Of a stretch of 64,000 bases of DNA, positions 9,092-18,934 are shown piece after piece (the first letter of the stretch is position 1; each line of letters begins with the position of its first letter). The notes under the pieces are model-generated. The model had not been told where the DNA came from. It ran no database searches and saw nothing but the letters and a program-made list of their open reading frames with translations. The stretch lies in the NCBI GenBank assembly GCA_048939765.1, contig JBHLPF010000009.1, positions 9,590 to 73,589 on the forward strand, read 5' to 3'. The position numbers and the translations under genes were made by a program. The DNA comes from Promethearchaeota archaeon (GTDB lineage: Archaea; Asgardarchaeota; Thorarchaeia; Thorarchaeales; Thorarchaeaceae).

Positions 9092-9805
9092 TTATACCAG
9101 CCCTATTAGTCCTGTCTTCGGTAGGTAAATCACTCCCTGATTCATCAGGCGATCGAGTGAAGATTCAACTGACTCTTTGGAAACTCCAAGTTCTTCAAAA
9201 TGCTCCACAACATCAACCATTTCTGCCTCTCCACCCCTTTCTTGAATCCAATCCAAAATCTCCTTTGTTACATCGACTAGAGAGGGCTTGGTTTTCTCCT
9301 TAGACGGAACACCGACCAACTGGACGGTCCAAGGTCTTGGAAATACCAATGTGCCTCGATTTGAAAGCTTATTGAGCTGGTCTTCTACCCAAGACCAGTC
9401 TAGCTGGTACTCGAGGCAGAGTTCAGCTATTCTGTCCAATGAACATGCTCTCTCACTGGCCTCTCTCTCCAGGAGTTCTAGCAACCGTTTTGACTTACCA
9501 GTTGGCAGTTCCTCCTCTGATTTGTCAATGACGTCCTTTACGCTGAGTTTCTCAGGAGGGAGAAACTCTCTTACTCTTTGTTTGCTCACTTCAACCGCTT
9601 TCAGAAAAGAGTCGCCGCCCCGGGAAGCATTGAATTTCTTTACAGCATTTGATGCTCTTTCCGGGGTGTCAAACAGGGCACAGGCTGCCTTGGAGATGTC
9701 GATTATGTGTCCGCAGTAGCTGCAGCGACGTTTCTTTTGGCCTGCAGGTGCATTAGTGAAGTTCTTGCACTTTGGACACCTGAATACTAGAAACGGCTTC
9801 TGCAT
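9092..9805 (-). CDS. DUF1922-like Zn-ribbon protein with two C-terminal winged-helix-like repeats
   Basis: FRCPKC..KKRRCSYCG; LSNRGTLVFPRP and LMNQGVIYLPKTG repeats. Confidence 0.65.
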   Translation of the reverse strand: MQKPFLVFRCPKCKNFTNAPAGQKKRRCSYCGHIIDISKAACALFDTPERASNAVKKFNASRGGDSFLKAVEVSKQRVREFLPPEKLSVKDVIDKSEEELPTGKSKRLLELLEREASERACSLDRIAELCLEYQLDWSWVEDQLNKLSNRGTLVFPRPWTVQLVGVPSKEKTKPSLVDVTKEILDWIQERGGEAEMVDVVEHFEELGVSKESVESSLDRLMNQGVIYLPKTGLIGLV

Positions 9806-9921
9806 TAGTGTCGGCGCCTCCGCTAGACTGTCAGCTACCCTGCTATTTAAACCGACTAGCATTGACTACATGAATATGGTTATATCAGGCTTCAGATTGG
9901 ACGAGACTTGGAGACCCCTCT

Positions 9922-10158
9922 ATGGCAAGAAAAGCACAGAAGATAGTCATTGACAACAAGATGTGCAAAGGATGTCATATCTGTATCTCGGTCTGTCCGC
10001 ATGCAGTTCTTGAGAAAGCAGATGAGGTGGACAACCGTGGGTTCTTTCTTCCAGTTGTAGTGAATCTAGATGCATGCAAAGTGTGCAGAATCTGCGAGAT
10101 GGAGTGCCCAGACTTTGCGATAGCCGTGATCAGCGATGATCAATCCAATAACACATGA
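9922..10158 (+). CDS. 2[4Fe-4S] ferredoxin (KorD/VorC-like)
   Basis: CKGCHICISVCP and CKVCRICEMECPDFAI. Confidence 0.9.
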   Translation: MARKAQKIVIDNKMCKGCHICISVCPHAVLEKADEVDNRGFFLPVVVNLDACKVCRICEMECPDFAIAVISDDQSNNT

Positions 10159-10218
10159 ACTAAAATGGACTAGACGCCATAGATTGTGAGTATTTGAACA
10201 CAATAGTGAGGTTGGCAA

Positions 10219-10797
10219 TTGGAGAATCCAGAGATTCGAGTCCTTCTCGAGTTAAGAAGGGAGCTTGAGGAGCAATTGAATGAACTCAGAGAAAGGGCTG
10301 ATCAGGTTCAGTCATATATTCAAGCTCTTGACTCTGTCATTGGTGTCAGCAGTTTTGCCACCGCAGATACTGCGATTGGTGCTGCAGCAACCGCAGATGC
10401 ACTGAGTACCGAAGCTGAGGAAAGAGCGGCGCTCACACCTGATGAGCCACGAACGATACAGGTGATGAATAAGCCTGGTGATTTAGAGTTGGCTACAATC
10501 GAGTTGGAGCCACAGAGTCTGACAATCATCCCTGCCTCGCATGCCATCTATGATATCAAGAGAGGCGCCTTCGCACGGTTCTTTGTTGAGCGAATTCTCG
10601 GTCAGTTCCAGCAGGAGGATCGCCATCGAGTTGAGAATGGTGAGATTGCATGGGAACAAGCATTTGATTTTGAAGTGCAAGCTGACGAGGGAGTGCTACA
10701 ACAGATTGTTATCCGCAATTACTCAGAAGGTGACAGATTGAGCGAGATTCAGAACACTCTTCGATGGGCTCTTGAAAAGATATATAGGGCTCGATGA
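10219..10797 (+). CDS. Hypothetical protein with N-terminal coiled coil
   Basis: 192-aa ORF, TTG start after GTGAGG; heptad-rich N-terminus. Confidence 0.7.
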   Translation: MENPEIRVLLELRRELEEQLNELRERADQVQSYIQALDSVIGVSSFATADTAIGAAATADALSTEAEERAALTPDEPRTIQVMNKPGDLELATIELEPQSLTIIPASHAIYDIKRGAFARFFVERILGQFQQEDRHRVENGEIAWEQAFDFEVQADEGVLQQIVIRNYSEGDRLSEIQNTLRWALEKIYRAR

Positions 10798-10899
10798 GGC
10801 GCCAACATGCACTAACCTTGTCTTCCAGTGCAAAAGTATTAATGCCGGCCTAGATTGAGATTCCTTGCCATTCCCGTTCGCGAAGGAGAGTTAAGGCAA

Positions 10900-11508
10900 G
10901 TGCCCCATTTCGAGAAGAAGATGGCAGTCAGTCCACAGATGGTGGTCAATGTGGTTCGGGACGCTCATGAATTCTTCAGGGAAAACAATATCGATGAGCG
11001 ATACGAGAATATGGCCTTGGATCTCATCCGACGATATGTATCGCACGAAGGTCTACCTAGAGAGAGTGACCCTTTCTTTGCTGCTTCGCTCTTCGTTGTT
11101 ACAAGACACCCATGGAGTCATCCAAATCCGCTGACAAAGGGTGATTTCGCGACCAAGATCAGGATCAAGGAATCTAGTCTTGAGTGGTATACTGAGAGCA
11201 TAATAGACAGACTAGATTTCATAGTCCTGCATGACCGTAACCGCAATCCATACTTCTTTGATCCAGAGGGAACAATAGCAAGTGTCGTGGACTCGATTGT
11301 CCGCTCCAGTGTCGGTGAAGAGGTTGTGAAGAGCATTGTAAAAGGAGGCGTTGTATCTCCAACTGCACTGGCAGACAAGATAGTTGATCGTCTGTGCAGT
11401 GTTGTCAGAATTGTTCCATCTGCATTTGAACATGAACTCCATCGTCTTGTGCAGCGAAAGATTGAGGAGGAGAGTAAACGCCTGCTTGAACAGCTTGAGG
11501 GGCACTAG
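10900..11508 (+). CDS. Hypothetical protein with a TFB/cyclin-repeat-like segment
   Basis: GTG start after GAAGGAG; DPFFAASLFVVTR..PLTKGDFA..IKESSLEWY resembles the TFB repeat. Confidence 0.6.
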   Translation: MPHFEKKMAVSPQMVVNVVRDAHEFFRENNIDERYENMALDLIRRYVSHEGLPRESDPFFAASLFVVTRHPWSHPNPLTKGDFATKIRIKESSLEWYTESIIDRLDFIVLHDRNRNPYFFDPEGTIASVVDSIVRSSVGEEVVKSIVKGGVVSPTALADKIVDRLCSVVRIVPSAFEHELHRLVQRKIEEESKRLLEQLEGH

Positions 11509-11520
11509 TGCTAGTCCACA

Positions 11521-11826
11521 TCAAGTGTTTTCAGGCTGCAGTGTGACTTCTTCTACAAATCGCTTACCAGCAACTACTTGATCTATGGAGTGGATGACTG
11601 CACCAGCCTGCTCTAAAATCTCCTTGATCGACTCATATTGTAAGTTGTCACCCTCGAGAGTGATTGTTATGCTCTCTGTGTTCTGATCAACTTCTTTCAG
11701 AGAGATGTTTAACCCGTTGACCTGCTCATCTCTTGAGAGCATCAACGCAAGATCAGTGAGCCTAGGCGTGTGAGGCTTCAATACGTCCAGAACTATTCTT
11801 CGAATGCCTTGAGGCAATAAATTCAT
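11521..11826 (-). CDS. DUF211 family protein
   Basis: IRRIVLDVLKPH..GAVIHSIDQVVAG. Confidence 0.9.
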   Translation of the reverse strand: MNLLPQGIRRIVLDVLKPHTPRLTDLALMLSRDEQVNGLNISLKEVDQNTESITITLEGDNLQYESIKEILEQAGAVIHSIDQVVAGKRFVEEVTLQPENT

Positions 11827-12065
11827 ACCCCGACGTCGACTCTTAAGTCGAGTTTCTTGGACCTCCCCATGGTCAGTCATAGTTAAACCTTACTACACAG
11901 CATTGCCGGCCATTTCATTTCAATCCTTGATACTCTTCTCTCAGATACGCGCTGATGGTTACTCACTCTTGATTAACGTCCGAATGCTTATATCACAGGC
12001 AAGCCTCCCCAGCTAGGGGGCCTCAGTCTGAGACCTCCTGCCGGGAATAGGTAAGGGAAGCAGAC

Positions 12066-12377
12066 TTGAAGCAGGACAAATTGACGAAGCATACTCTGGA
12101 CAAAAAGGCCGATCCTCCGAAATCGCCTCCAAGACGCAAGAGGAAGTCAACTCGTAACATTGAGATCAACATTACTGACTTCAAGACACATCCACTCTGG
12201 GATTTATTGGTGGAAACCGCTCAGAGGAATCCTCGATATGCTAATCTCGCAGGCCATACGAGGGAGCACATTCTGAGCACACAACCAGACATCAGTCCCA
12301 AGGAGCTTGCAGCCAGACTATCCATAACTCTTGGAGAGTCTATCGTGATCCTTGACGATGTGAAGTCAGAGTCCTGA
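12066..12377 (+). CDS. Small hypothetical protein, possible HTH
   Basis: ISPKELAARLSITLGES. Confidence 0.55.
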   Translation: MKQDKLTKHTLDKKADPPKSPPRRKRKSTRNIEINITDFKTHPLWDLLVETAQRNPRYANLAGHTREHILSTQPDISPKELAARLSITLGESIVILDDVKSES

Positions 12378-12445
12378 AGATGTCTTTCTAGATGCATACA
12401 AGCTCTCTTTTATGGATGCGCATGTTCTATGTTCTTGATGCGTTC

Positions 12446-13525
12446 ATGTATGAGCACACTAAATTCAGAGATGCACGACACGCAAAGACTCTGGTTAGTG
12501 AAATAGAGGATCTTAACGCTGACAGGCCTACTCGGATAGTTCACGTCTGCGGAACACATGAGGATACAATAAGCCGTCATGGACTTAGATCACTTCTTCC
12601 AGGTAGTATCTCTCTTGTTGCAGGTCCTGGCTGTCCGGTTTGTGTATGTGCCGCCGAGGATGTCGACTTCGCAATTGAACTATCCCGGAGGGGCCACATA
12701 ATCGCAACATTTGGTGATATGATACGTGTTCCTTCCACATCATCATCGCTCATCAAAGAGCGTGCAGATGGCGCCGATATCCGGATTGTGTACGGGGTCA
12801 ATGAAGCAGTGGACATCGCCAAAAGAAATCCAGACCGTGAGATAGTTTTCATGGGAGTAGGCTTCGAAACAACTGCTCCTACTATGGCTGTAGAGATATT
12901 GAAAAAGCCTCCGAGCAACTTCTCTCTTCTTACATCCCTAAAGGTGATACCTCCTGCGATGGAGATTCTTGTCAATATCGAGGGATTTGCAGTCGATGGT
13001 TTCATTACACCTGGGCATGTGAGTGCTGTGATAGGAACCAATTCCTATCAGCCATTGGCTAGGAAGCATAGAGTTCCATGTGTGGCAGCTGGATTCGAGC
13101 CCCTTGACGTGTTGGAGTCAATCAGGATGATCCTGCTGCAGATCAAGGAAGGACGAGCTGAGTCGGAAAACGAATATACTCGAGTCGTGCAGTCTGAGGG
13201 AAACATTGCGGCACAAGATGTTCTTGAGAAAGTATTCCGGCTCGGAAACGCATCTTGGAGAGGGCTAGGAACTATCAAGAACTCTGGGTACTTCCTTCGA
13301 GAGCAGTTCAACAGATATGATGCCCGTCTGAAGTTTGACCTCCCTCCAATCAAATCTGTAGATATTCTCCCCGGCTGCAAATGTCATGAGGTCATTCTCG
13401 GCATCGCCAATCCTTCGGACTGTTCTCTCTTTGGCAATAGATGTGTTCCTGAGGATCCATATGGTCCATGCATGGTAGGCCATGAAGGGACATGCAGAAT
13501 CAGGCACGAGCATCAAGAATTCTAG
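12446..13525 (+). CDS. hypD: [NiFe]-hydrogenase maturation factor HypD
   Basis: VCGTHE, GPGCPVC, GFETT, PGHVS, GFEP, PYGPCMV..EGTC. Confidence 0.97.
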   Translation: MYEHTKFRDARHAKTLVSEIEDLNADRPTRIVHVCGTHEDTISRHGLRSLLPGSISLVAGPGCPVCVCAAEDVDFAIELSRRGHIIATFGDMIRVPSTSSSLIKERADGADIRIVYGVNEAVDIAKRNPDREIVFMGVGFETTAPTMAVEILKKPPSNFSLLTSLKVIPPAMEILVNIEGFAVDGFITPGHVSAVIGTNSYQPLARKHRVPCVAAGFEPLDVLESIRMILLQIKEGRAESENEYTRVVQSEGNIAAQDVLEKVFRLGNASWRGLGTIKNSGYFLREQFNRYDARLKFDLPPIKSVDILPGCKCHEVILGIANPSDCSLFGNRCVPEDPYGPCMVGHEGTCRIRHEHQEF

Positions 13526-14145
13526 TTACGCCGCTCCTTCTCAAGTTCTCTCAGCTCCCTCTCAGTATTCGCATTGGAGAAGGTTGCTAAATCCGAGTCA
13601 AATTCGGACAATACAAGAGTCGAGATGTACAGGACATTTCTCAGTCTGTCCAACAAATCCCTCATCCGATATTTCTTCCTTTCCGCCGTTTCGATACCTG
13701 CGGTGTACGCATGCTCTGCGAGATATATTGAATGAAGGGGCTCAATATATCCTGAAGGCCAGGATGGGACCACTGCACCATGGCTTTCTCGCAGTTGGTA
13801 TATAGTCTTCAGTACATCCACATTAGCAAGCGGCGTGTCAATGGGAAGCAATTGTGTATAGTCTGTTTCGGTATACTCGAAAGCTGTTATAGCTCCAGTG
13901 AGGGCGCATCTGACCGAGTCCTGTGGATCAACGACTATGGGGAGATCCTTGGCATGTTTCTCCAGAGATTTTGCCTTCTCTTCGTTCGAAACCACAATCA
14001 TTACCCGGTGGGACAACTTCGTAGCAATGTCAATCATATGTGCGATGAGTGGTCTTCCTCGGAAATAAGCAAGACTCTTCTCTGACTTGAAGCGAGCTGA
14101 GTTTCCCCCAGCCAGAATTGCAACCGTCAAGTCTTGGTCACTCAT
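13522..14145 (-). CDS. mobA: Molybdenum cofactor guanylyltransferase
   Basis: ILAGGNSARF..K, DTP, EPLHSIY, NANT. Confidence 0.88.
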   Translation of the reverse strand: MSDQDLTVAILAGGNSARFKSEKSLAYFRGRPLIAHMIDIATKLSHRVMIVVSNEEKAKSLEKHAKDLPIVVDPQDSVRCALTGAITAFEYTETDYTQLLPIDTPLANVDVLKTIYQLRESHGAVVPSWPSGYIEPLHSIYLAEHAYTAGIETAERKKYRMRDLLDRLRNVLYISTLVLSEFDSDLATFSNANTERELRELEKERRN

Positions 14146-14372
14146 TTTACACTTCCTCATTCTTTTCAGTGCCAGCGGGCTATCGACTTACTCTTGAATC
14201 TGACGTTTAGGATGTGCTATGGTCCAACTGTCATCTATATAAATAGTGAATCAAATCTCGAAAGTGCCCAGGGAATAGGCATGTCCCGTTTTGTAGATGA
14301 AGGCGTGAGATTCACTTCCAGCAGCCTGTTACGGACTGGTCGATTCTTCCTGCTATTGCAGAAAAAGAGCCA

Positions 14373-15281
14373 TCATTGAGGAGGACTCTCTGACTCCAAC
14401 TGCTGGTCTTTGGAACTCTCCACAACAAGAGGGAAGTCAGGCTTAACTCGATGTCCTGATAGAATATCTTCGACATCGGGAAGGTCTAGAGCCACCGCTA
14501 GAAGCTCCGTGTAGTAATATACTGGCAGTTTGAAATCAGTTCCATATGTCCTGTTGACAATACGTTGTCCTGACTCAAATGAGATGAAGCAGGTTGGACA
14601 AAAGACCACTGCAGCATCAGGATTGACCATCATCATACTATCCATTTTTTCCTTTAGAATAGAGAACGATATGTCTGAGGCTTGCCCCCGGATGCCAGCT
14701 CCACAGCACATTGTCTTGTCCATGTAATCAAGCGGCTCCATCCCAAGGGTTTCAACCAGCTTGTCAAGCTTGACTGGAGCCTCTGGTGAGTCGACCTGCA
14801 ATATCTCTGACGGCCTTAGAAGATGGCATCCTGAATGTGTGACCACGCTCATGCCCACAGGCTTTACCACCTTCTTGCTAATCTCTTCAGTGCCAATCTC
14901 ATCATGGAACAACTGGTGGAGATGGATAATTGATGAAGTGCCTTTATACTCCATACCAACTGCAGCCAACTGTTCGTTCGCGAGAGTCTTTCTCTCTGGT
15001 TTGGTATCCATCTCATGTTTTGCCATAGTCAATGACTCGTGGCACCCTGCGCAAGCTGTAAGAATATCAAGACCCTGCGCTTCTGCCAGAGCTATGTTCC
15101 TTGCTGCAAAGACCAACCAGGTTTCATCTGAGAAGGATCGCACTGCATTAGGCTCTGGACAGCACGTGAATGGTAGGTCCACAAGCTCGATGTCGAAATG
15201 AGGCGCAACCATTCGGATGGACTTCTCAGCAAAAGGGAGCCGATATGCCATTGTGCATCCAATGAAGAACGCGTACTTCAT
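14373..15281 (-). CDS. hdrB: Heterodisulfide reductase subunit B
   Basis: YAFFIGC, two CCG-type domains (TCCPEP, MCCGAG), HSGCHLLRP, CPTC. Confidence 0.93.
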   Translation of the reverse strand: MKYAFFIGCTMAYRLPFAEKSIRMVAPHFDIELVDLPFTCCPEPNAVRSFSDETWLVFAARNIALAEAQGLDILTACAGCHESLTMAKHEMDTKPERKTLANEQLAAVGMEYKGTSSIIHLHQLFHDEIGTEEISKKVVKPVGMSVVTHSGCHLLRPSEILQVDSPEAPVKLDKLVETLGMEPLDYMDKTMCCGAGIRGQASDISFSILKEKMDSMMMVNPDAAVVFCPTCFISFESGQRIVNRTYGTDFKLPVYYYTELLAVALDLPDVEDILSGHRVKPDFPLVVESSKDQQLESESPPQ

Positions 15282-15769
15282 TCAACAGCGGTCTCCTTTG
15301 CTAGGTTCTTCTCCAGAATCTCCATTGCCCCAGTCCCCTCGAACAGCGTCTTGATCTGTTCTGGGTCTGCCTTTGGAATCTCTGGGAGCCCAAGTTGATT
15401 TCGCTTTCTATCTACTCCGGAAGTACCGGGTGCTATTGCTCCGATTGTGAAGAAGGACTCAACAGCCTGAACGATACTGATTGGTGCCTTTCCATCAGCA
15501 GTGGATAGGTTCTTGAGTTCAATAAGAATGTCTGCCAGAGAAACCCCCATGGGGCATCTTTGTTCACACATGAGGCAGTACGCACAAAGCCATTCATTTC
15601 CTTCCTCTATCAGCTCTCCATTTGCTATCACTGAATCAACAGCTAGTCTTGGGTTGACTTCTGGTGCCACCCTAAATACTGGACATGATGAGGAACATAT
15701 ACCGCACTGAAAACACGGCTTTGCAGCTTCCCTGAGTTCTTCGATGCGTTTCTGTGGGTCGCCTTTCAT
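15278..15769 (-). CDS. hdrC: Heterodisulfide reductase subunit C
   Basis: CFQCGICSSSCP; WLCAYCLMCEQRCP. Confidence 0.93.
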   Translation of the reverse strand: MKGDPQKRIEELREAAKPCFQCGICSSSCPVFRVAPEVNPRLAVDSVIANGELIEEGNEWLCAYCLMCEQRCPMGVSLADILIELKNLSTADGKAPISIVQAVESFFTIGAIAPGTSGVDRKRNQLGLPEIPKADPEQIKTLFEGTGAMEILEKNLAKETAVE

Positions 15770-15777
15770 CTTTCCAC

Positions 15778-18318
15778 CTACTTCCTTGACTGCTTCTTTG
15801 GTGTGGTTGCTTTCTTAGTCGCTGTCTTTGGCTTTGAGGACGCCTTTTTCTTCGTCTTCTTCTTTGCTGCAGTCTTTGCCTTTGCTTTTGGTTTGCTCTT
15901 TGGCTTTGGTACAGGCTTTGTCTTGTTGTGTTTCTCAACAACATCTGCCATGTCTTGCATTATGCCTTGCCACTTCTTCCCCTCACTCGCCGAAATCCAG
16001 TCCACTCTGAAGCGTTCATCCGCAATTCCATTTCGCTCCATCCATCTGCGGAGTCTTGGCTCACGCTTTGCCATCCAATGGTTTCCTGTCTGGAAGTGAC
16101 AGTCCGAAGGCAAATGGCAACCAGAGTACAGGACTGCTCCAGCTCCGAGCTCGAATGCTTTCTGAGCAAATTGAACGTGGTATCGACCAGAGCAGAGTGC
16201 GCGTATCACTCTTGCATTGGTGGGATACTGCATCCGTGAAACACCAGCTAGGTCTGAGCCGCGGTAGGAGCAATAGGTACATGCAAAAGCGACGATTTTC
16301 TCTGAAGGATTCTCTTTGAGTGCCATCTCAATCTGAGCATGAATCTGTTCATTTGTGAAGTTGGGCATGTAAATAGCGTCGTTTGGACAATCACCTGCAC
16401 AGGCGCCACATGCCTGACATAAAGCGCCCACCACAGTATGCTTTCCTGCACCATCTACCACGATAGCTCCATATGGGCACCTCTTTACACACGTGCCACA
16501 TCTTGTACATTTGTCCTGCAGAATCTTGGCGCTCAGGGCCTCAATGGGATACCTTCCCTTTTGCAGTATTATAGAAGCGCGTCCAGCCGCGGCACTAGCC
16601 TGAATAACTGAGTCCCTGATGTCCTTGGGTGACTCTGCGCCGCCACAGATGAAGATACCAGCTGAACTCGTATCAACAGGCCTCAGCTTAGGATGGGACT
16701 CTATATAGAACGAGTCTTCAGTGCAAGATATCGGTAGTGGGAAGTCTCCAGCCGTTCCTTGAGCTCCCATTGAAAGGATGACCATGTCATAATCGACCAT
16801 GAGCAACTTATTGTGTGTCGTGTCCTCAACAGCAACTCTCAGACTCTTGGTGTCGGGATACTGCTGAATCTCTCCAACACGTCCTCGTATGAACTTGACA
16901 CCCTCTTCTCTCGCTTTGAGGTATTGGTCCTCGAAATACTTGCCATGCATCCGGAGGTCCTGATAGTATATTGTGACCTCAGTGTCTGGATAATGCTCTT
17001 TGATGAGCAAGGAGCACTTCACTGATTCCGCACAGCAATAGTTGGAGCAGCCTGTTCTGGTCGAGATGTTGCGTGAGCCGACACACTGAACTATTGCAAT
17101 TGACTTCGGCTTTGAAACATCTGATGGCCTTACTAGATGCCCCTCAGTTGGCCCCGCTGCGTTGATCAGTCTTTCAAACTCCAATGTTGTAATGACATTT
17201 GGATATCTTCCCCACCCGAGCCGTGGAATTTTATTGGGATCTGCAGGAGTAAATCCTGTTGCTAGTATGATTACACCTGCCTGGAACTCGATGATCTTGT
17301 TTCTATCAGAGGGGACTATTGCCTCCTGTTCACACCTGTCTATGCATTTTCCACAACGAATGAGGTCCATTCCAAGACATGCGTCAGGATTGATGAAGAA
17401 GGTTGAAGGGACAGCTTGTGGGAATGGGATACTGATTGCCTTGTTCCATGTAAGGTTCTGATCTGTACGACTGGGCACATCTACTGGACAGACCTCGACA
17501 CAGTCGCCACATGCCGTGCACTTGTCGGGGTCTACGTATCTGGCCCTCTGCTTCACTCGTACATTGAAATTGCCAACATACCCCGAGATCTCATCGACTT
17601 CAGCCATTGTAATGAGATTGATGTTTGGGTGCCTTGCCACATCCACCATCTTGGGTCCTAAAATACAAATGGAACAATCATTCTGGGGGAAGACCTTGTC
17701 AAGAAGCGCCATGATCCCTCCAATGGTCGGTTCCTTTTCGATCAGGTGGACTTTGAATCCCGCCTCTGCCAAGTCCAATGCGGCTTGCATGCCCGCAACG
17801 CCTGCTCCCACAACCATTGCAGCTTGGGTGACGGGAACATCAAGTTCTGGTTGAGCCTCCAATGTTCTTGCCTTCGCCACAGACATAGCCACAAGCTCCT
17901 TGGCTTTCAATGTGGCTTCTTCTGGCTCGTGCATATGTACCCACGAAACGTGTTCACGTATGTTTGCCATTATACAGAGATAGGGGTTCAATCCTGCAGC
18001 CTTGACTGTCTTTCGAAATGTGTCCTCATGCATAGTTGGTGAACAAGACGCCACGACAACTCTGTTTAGTCCATGTTCCTTTATGGCCTGTTGAATCTCG
18101 TTCTGCCCCGGATCTGCACAAGTGTATCTATTAGTCTGAACAAAGACCACATCTGGCAGAGTTTCCGCGTACCTGGCGACTTCATCTATGTCCACAACTG
18201 CGCCAATATTCTTCCCACACGCACATGGGAATACTCCTATCCTCACTTCTCCTTTTGCAGAAACGACCGTCGTATCTTCAGCAGCTTCAGCCTGTGTTTT
18301 CGGATCGCTTGTGGTCAT
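15778..18318 (-). CDS. hdrA: HdrA-MvhD fusion (flavin-bifurcating subunit) with Lys-rich tail
   Basis: VVASCSP, ANIRE, GAGVAG, LDKVFP..CSIC, QCVGSR, HPKLRP; C-terminal MvhD (FACTYCSY..D.AG..YP, CSGR, WISASEG). Confidence 0.95.
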   Translation of the reverse strand: MTTSDPKTQAEAAEDTTVVSAKGEVRIGVFPCACGKNIGAVVDIDEVARYAETLPDVVFVQTNRYTCADPGQNEIQQAIKEHGLNRVVVASCSPTMHEDTFRKTVKAAGLNPYLCIMANIREHVSWVHMHEPEEATLKAKELVAMSVAKARTLEAQPELDVPVTQAAMVVGAGVAGMQAALDLAEAGFKVHLIEKEPTIGGIMALLDKVFPQNDCSICILGPKMVDVARHPNINLITMAEVDEISGYVGNFNVRVKQRARYVDPDKCTACGDCVEVCPVDVPSRTDQNLTWNKAISIPFPQAVPSTFFINPDACLGMDLIRCGKCIDRCEQEAIVPSDRNKIIEFQAGVIILATGFTPADPNKIPRLGWGRYPNVITTLEFERLINAAGPTEGHLVRPSDVSKPKSIAIVQCVGSRNISTRTGCSNYCCAESVKCSLLIKEHYPDTEVTIYYQDLRMHGKYFEDQYLKAREEGVKFIRGRVGEIQQYPDTKSLRVAVEDTTHNKLLMVDYDMVILSMGAQGTAGDFPLPISCTEDSFYIESHPKLRPVDTSSAGIFICGGAESPKDIRDSVIQASAAAGRASIILQKGRYPIEALSAKILQDKCTRCGTCVKRCPYGAIVVDGAGKHTVVGALCQACGACAGDCPNDAIYMPNFTNEQIHAQIEMALKENPSEKIVAFACTYCSYRGSDLAGVSRMQYPTNARVIRALCSGRYHVQFAQKAFELGAGAVLYSGCHLPSDCHFQTGNHWMAKREPRLRRWMERNGIADERFRVDWISASEGKKWQGIMQDMADVVEKHNKTKPVPKPKSKPKAKAKTAAKKKTKKKASSKPKTATKKATTPKKQSRK

Positions 18319-18536
18319 TGAGCCACTCCCTTGTCCTGCAGGGGGACAATTCTGTTCTCGCGCCTATTTCTAGTCTGGACAAGCGTGGGCTAAATAAAGT
18401 TTGAGAATAGCAGACAATTTCGTTCAATATAGTTCAGAAGCATCCGTCGTTGAGGAGTAGCATCAAGTATCAGCCGCGTGTCCGCCATCAAAGATATGAT
18501 AAGGCGATTAGTTTGGCAAAGAGAAATGACTTCGAT

Positions 18537-18860
18537 ATGACAGTGAGCGCTGATGGGCCAAGAATGACTAGAGAGAAACGCACAGTGGAGAAGATGATCA
18601 GATTCTATTGTGAACGAAAGCACAATAGAAAGGATGGCAATCTCTGTGAGGCTTGTTTCACTCTTCTTGACTACTCAATGGATAGGCTAGACCACTGTCA
18701 GTTCGGTGAAGATAAGCCGACTTGTAGAAAATGTACTGTTCACTGCTATAGGCCGACCAGGCGAGAGGAGATTCGTCAAGTGATGCGGTTCTCAGGACCT
18801 CGGCTTGCAATTAGGATGCCTTCTGATTGGATACGGCATGCCTTTGACGAGAAGGAATAA
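18537..18860 (+). CDS. YgbA family (nitrous oxide-stimulated promoter family) Cys-rich protein
   Basis: REKRTVEKMIRFYC, RLDHC.FGEDKPTCRKC.VHCY, MRFSGPR. Confidence 0.9.
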   Translation: MTVSADGPRMTREKRTVEKMIRFYCERKHNRKDGNLCEACFTLLDYSMDRLDHCQFGEDKPTCRKCTVHCYRPTRREEIRQVMRFSGPRLAIRMPSDWIRHAFDEKE

Positions 18861-18934
18861 TGAGGCGAGCTGGGGCACCAAAACCGTAAAAAGCAGGTCT
18901 CAACGTCGAGGGTTTGTTTCAAGGAGGTAGTCAC

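Noticed and set aside
14245-14316. Inverted repeat AGTGAATC/GATTCACT downstream of hdrB as a SECIS
   Set aside because: The hdr genes have no in-frame UGA and the geometry does not fit a SECIS
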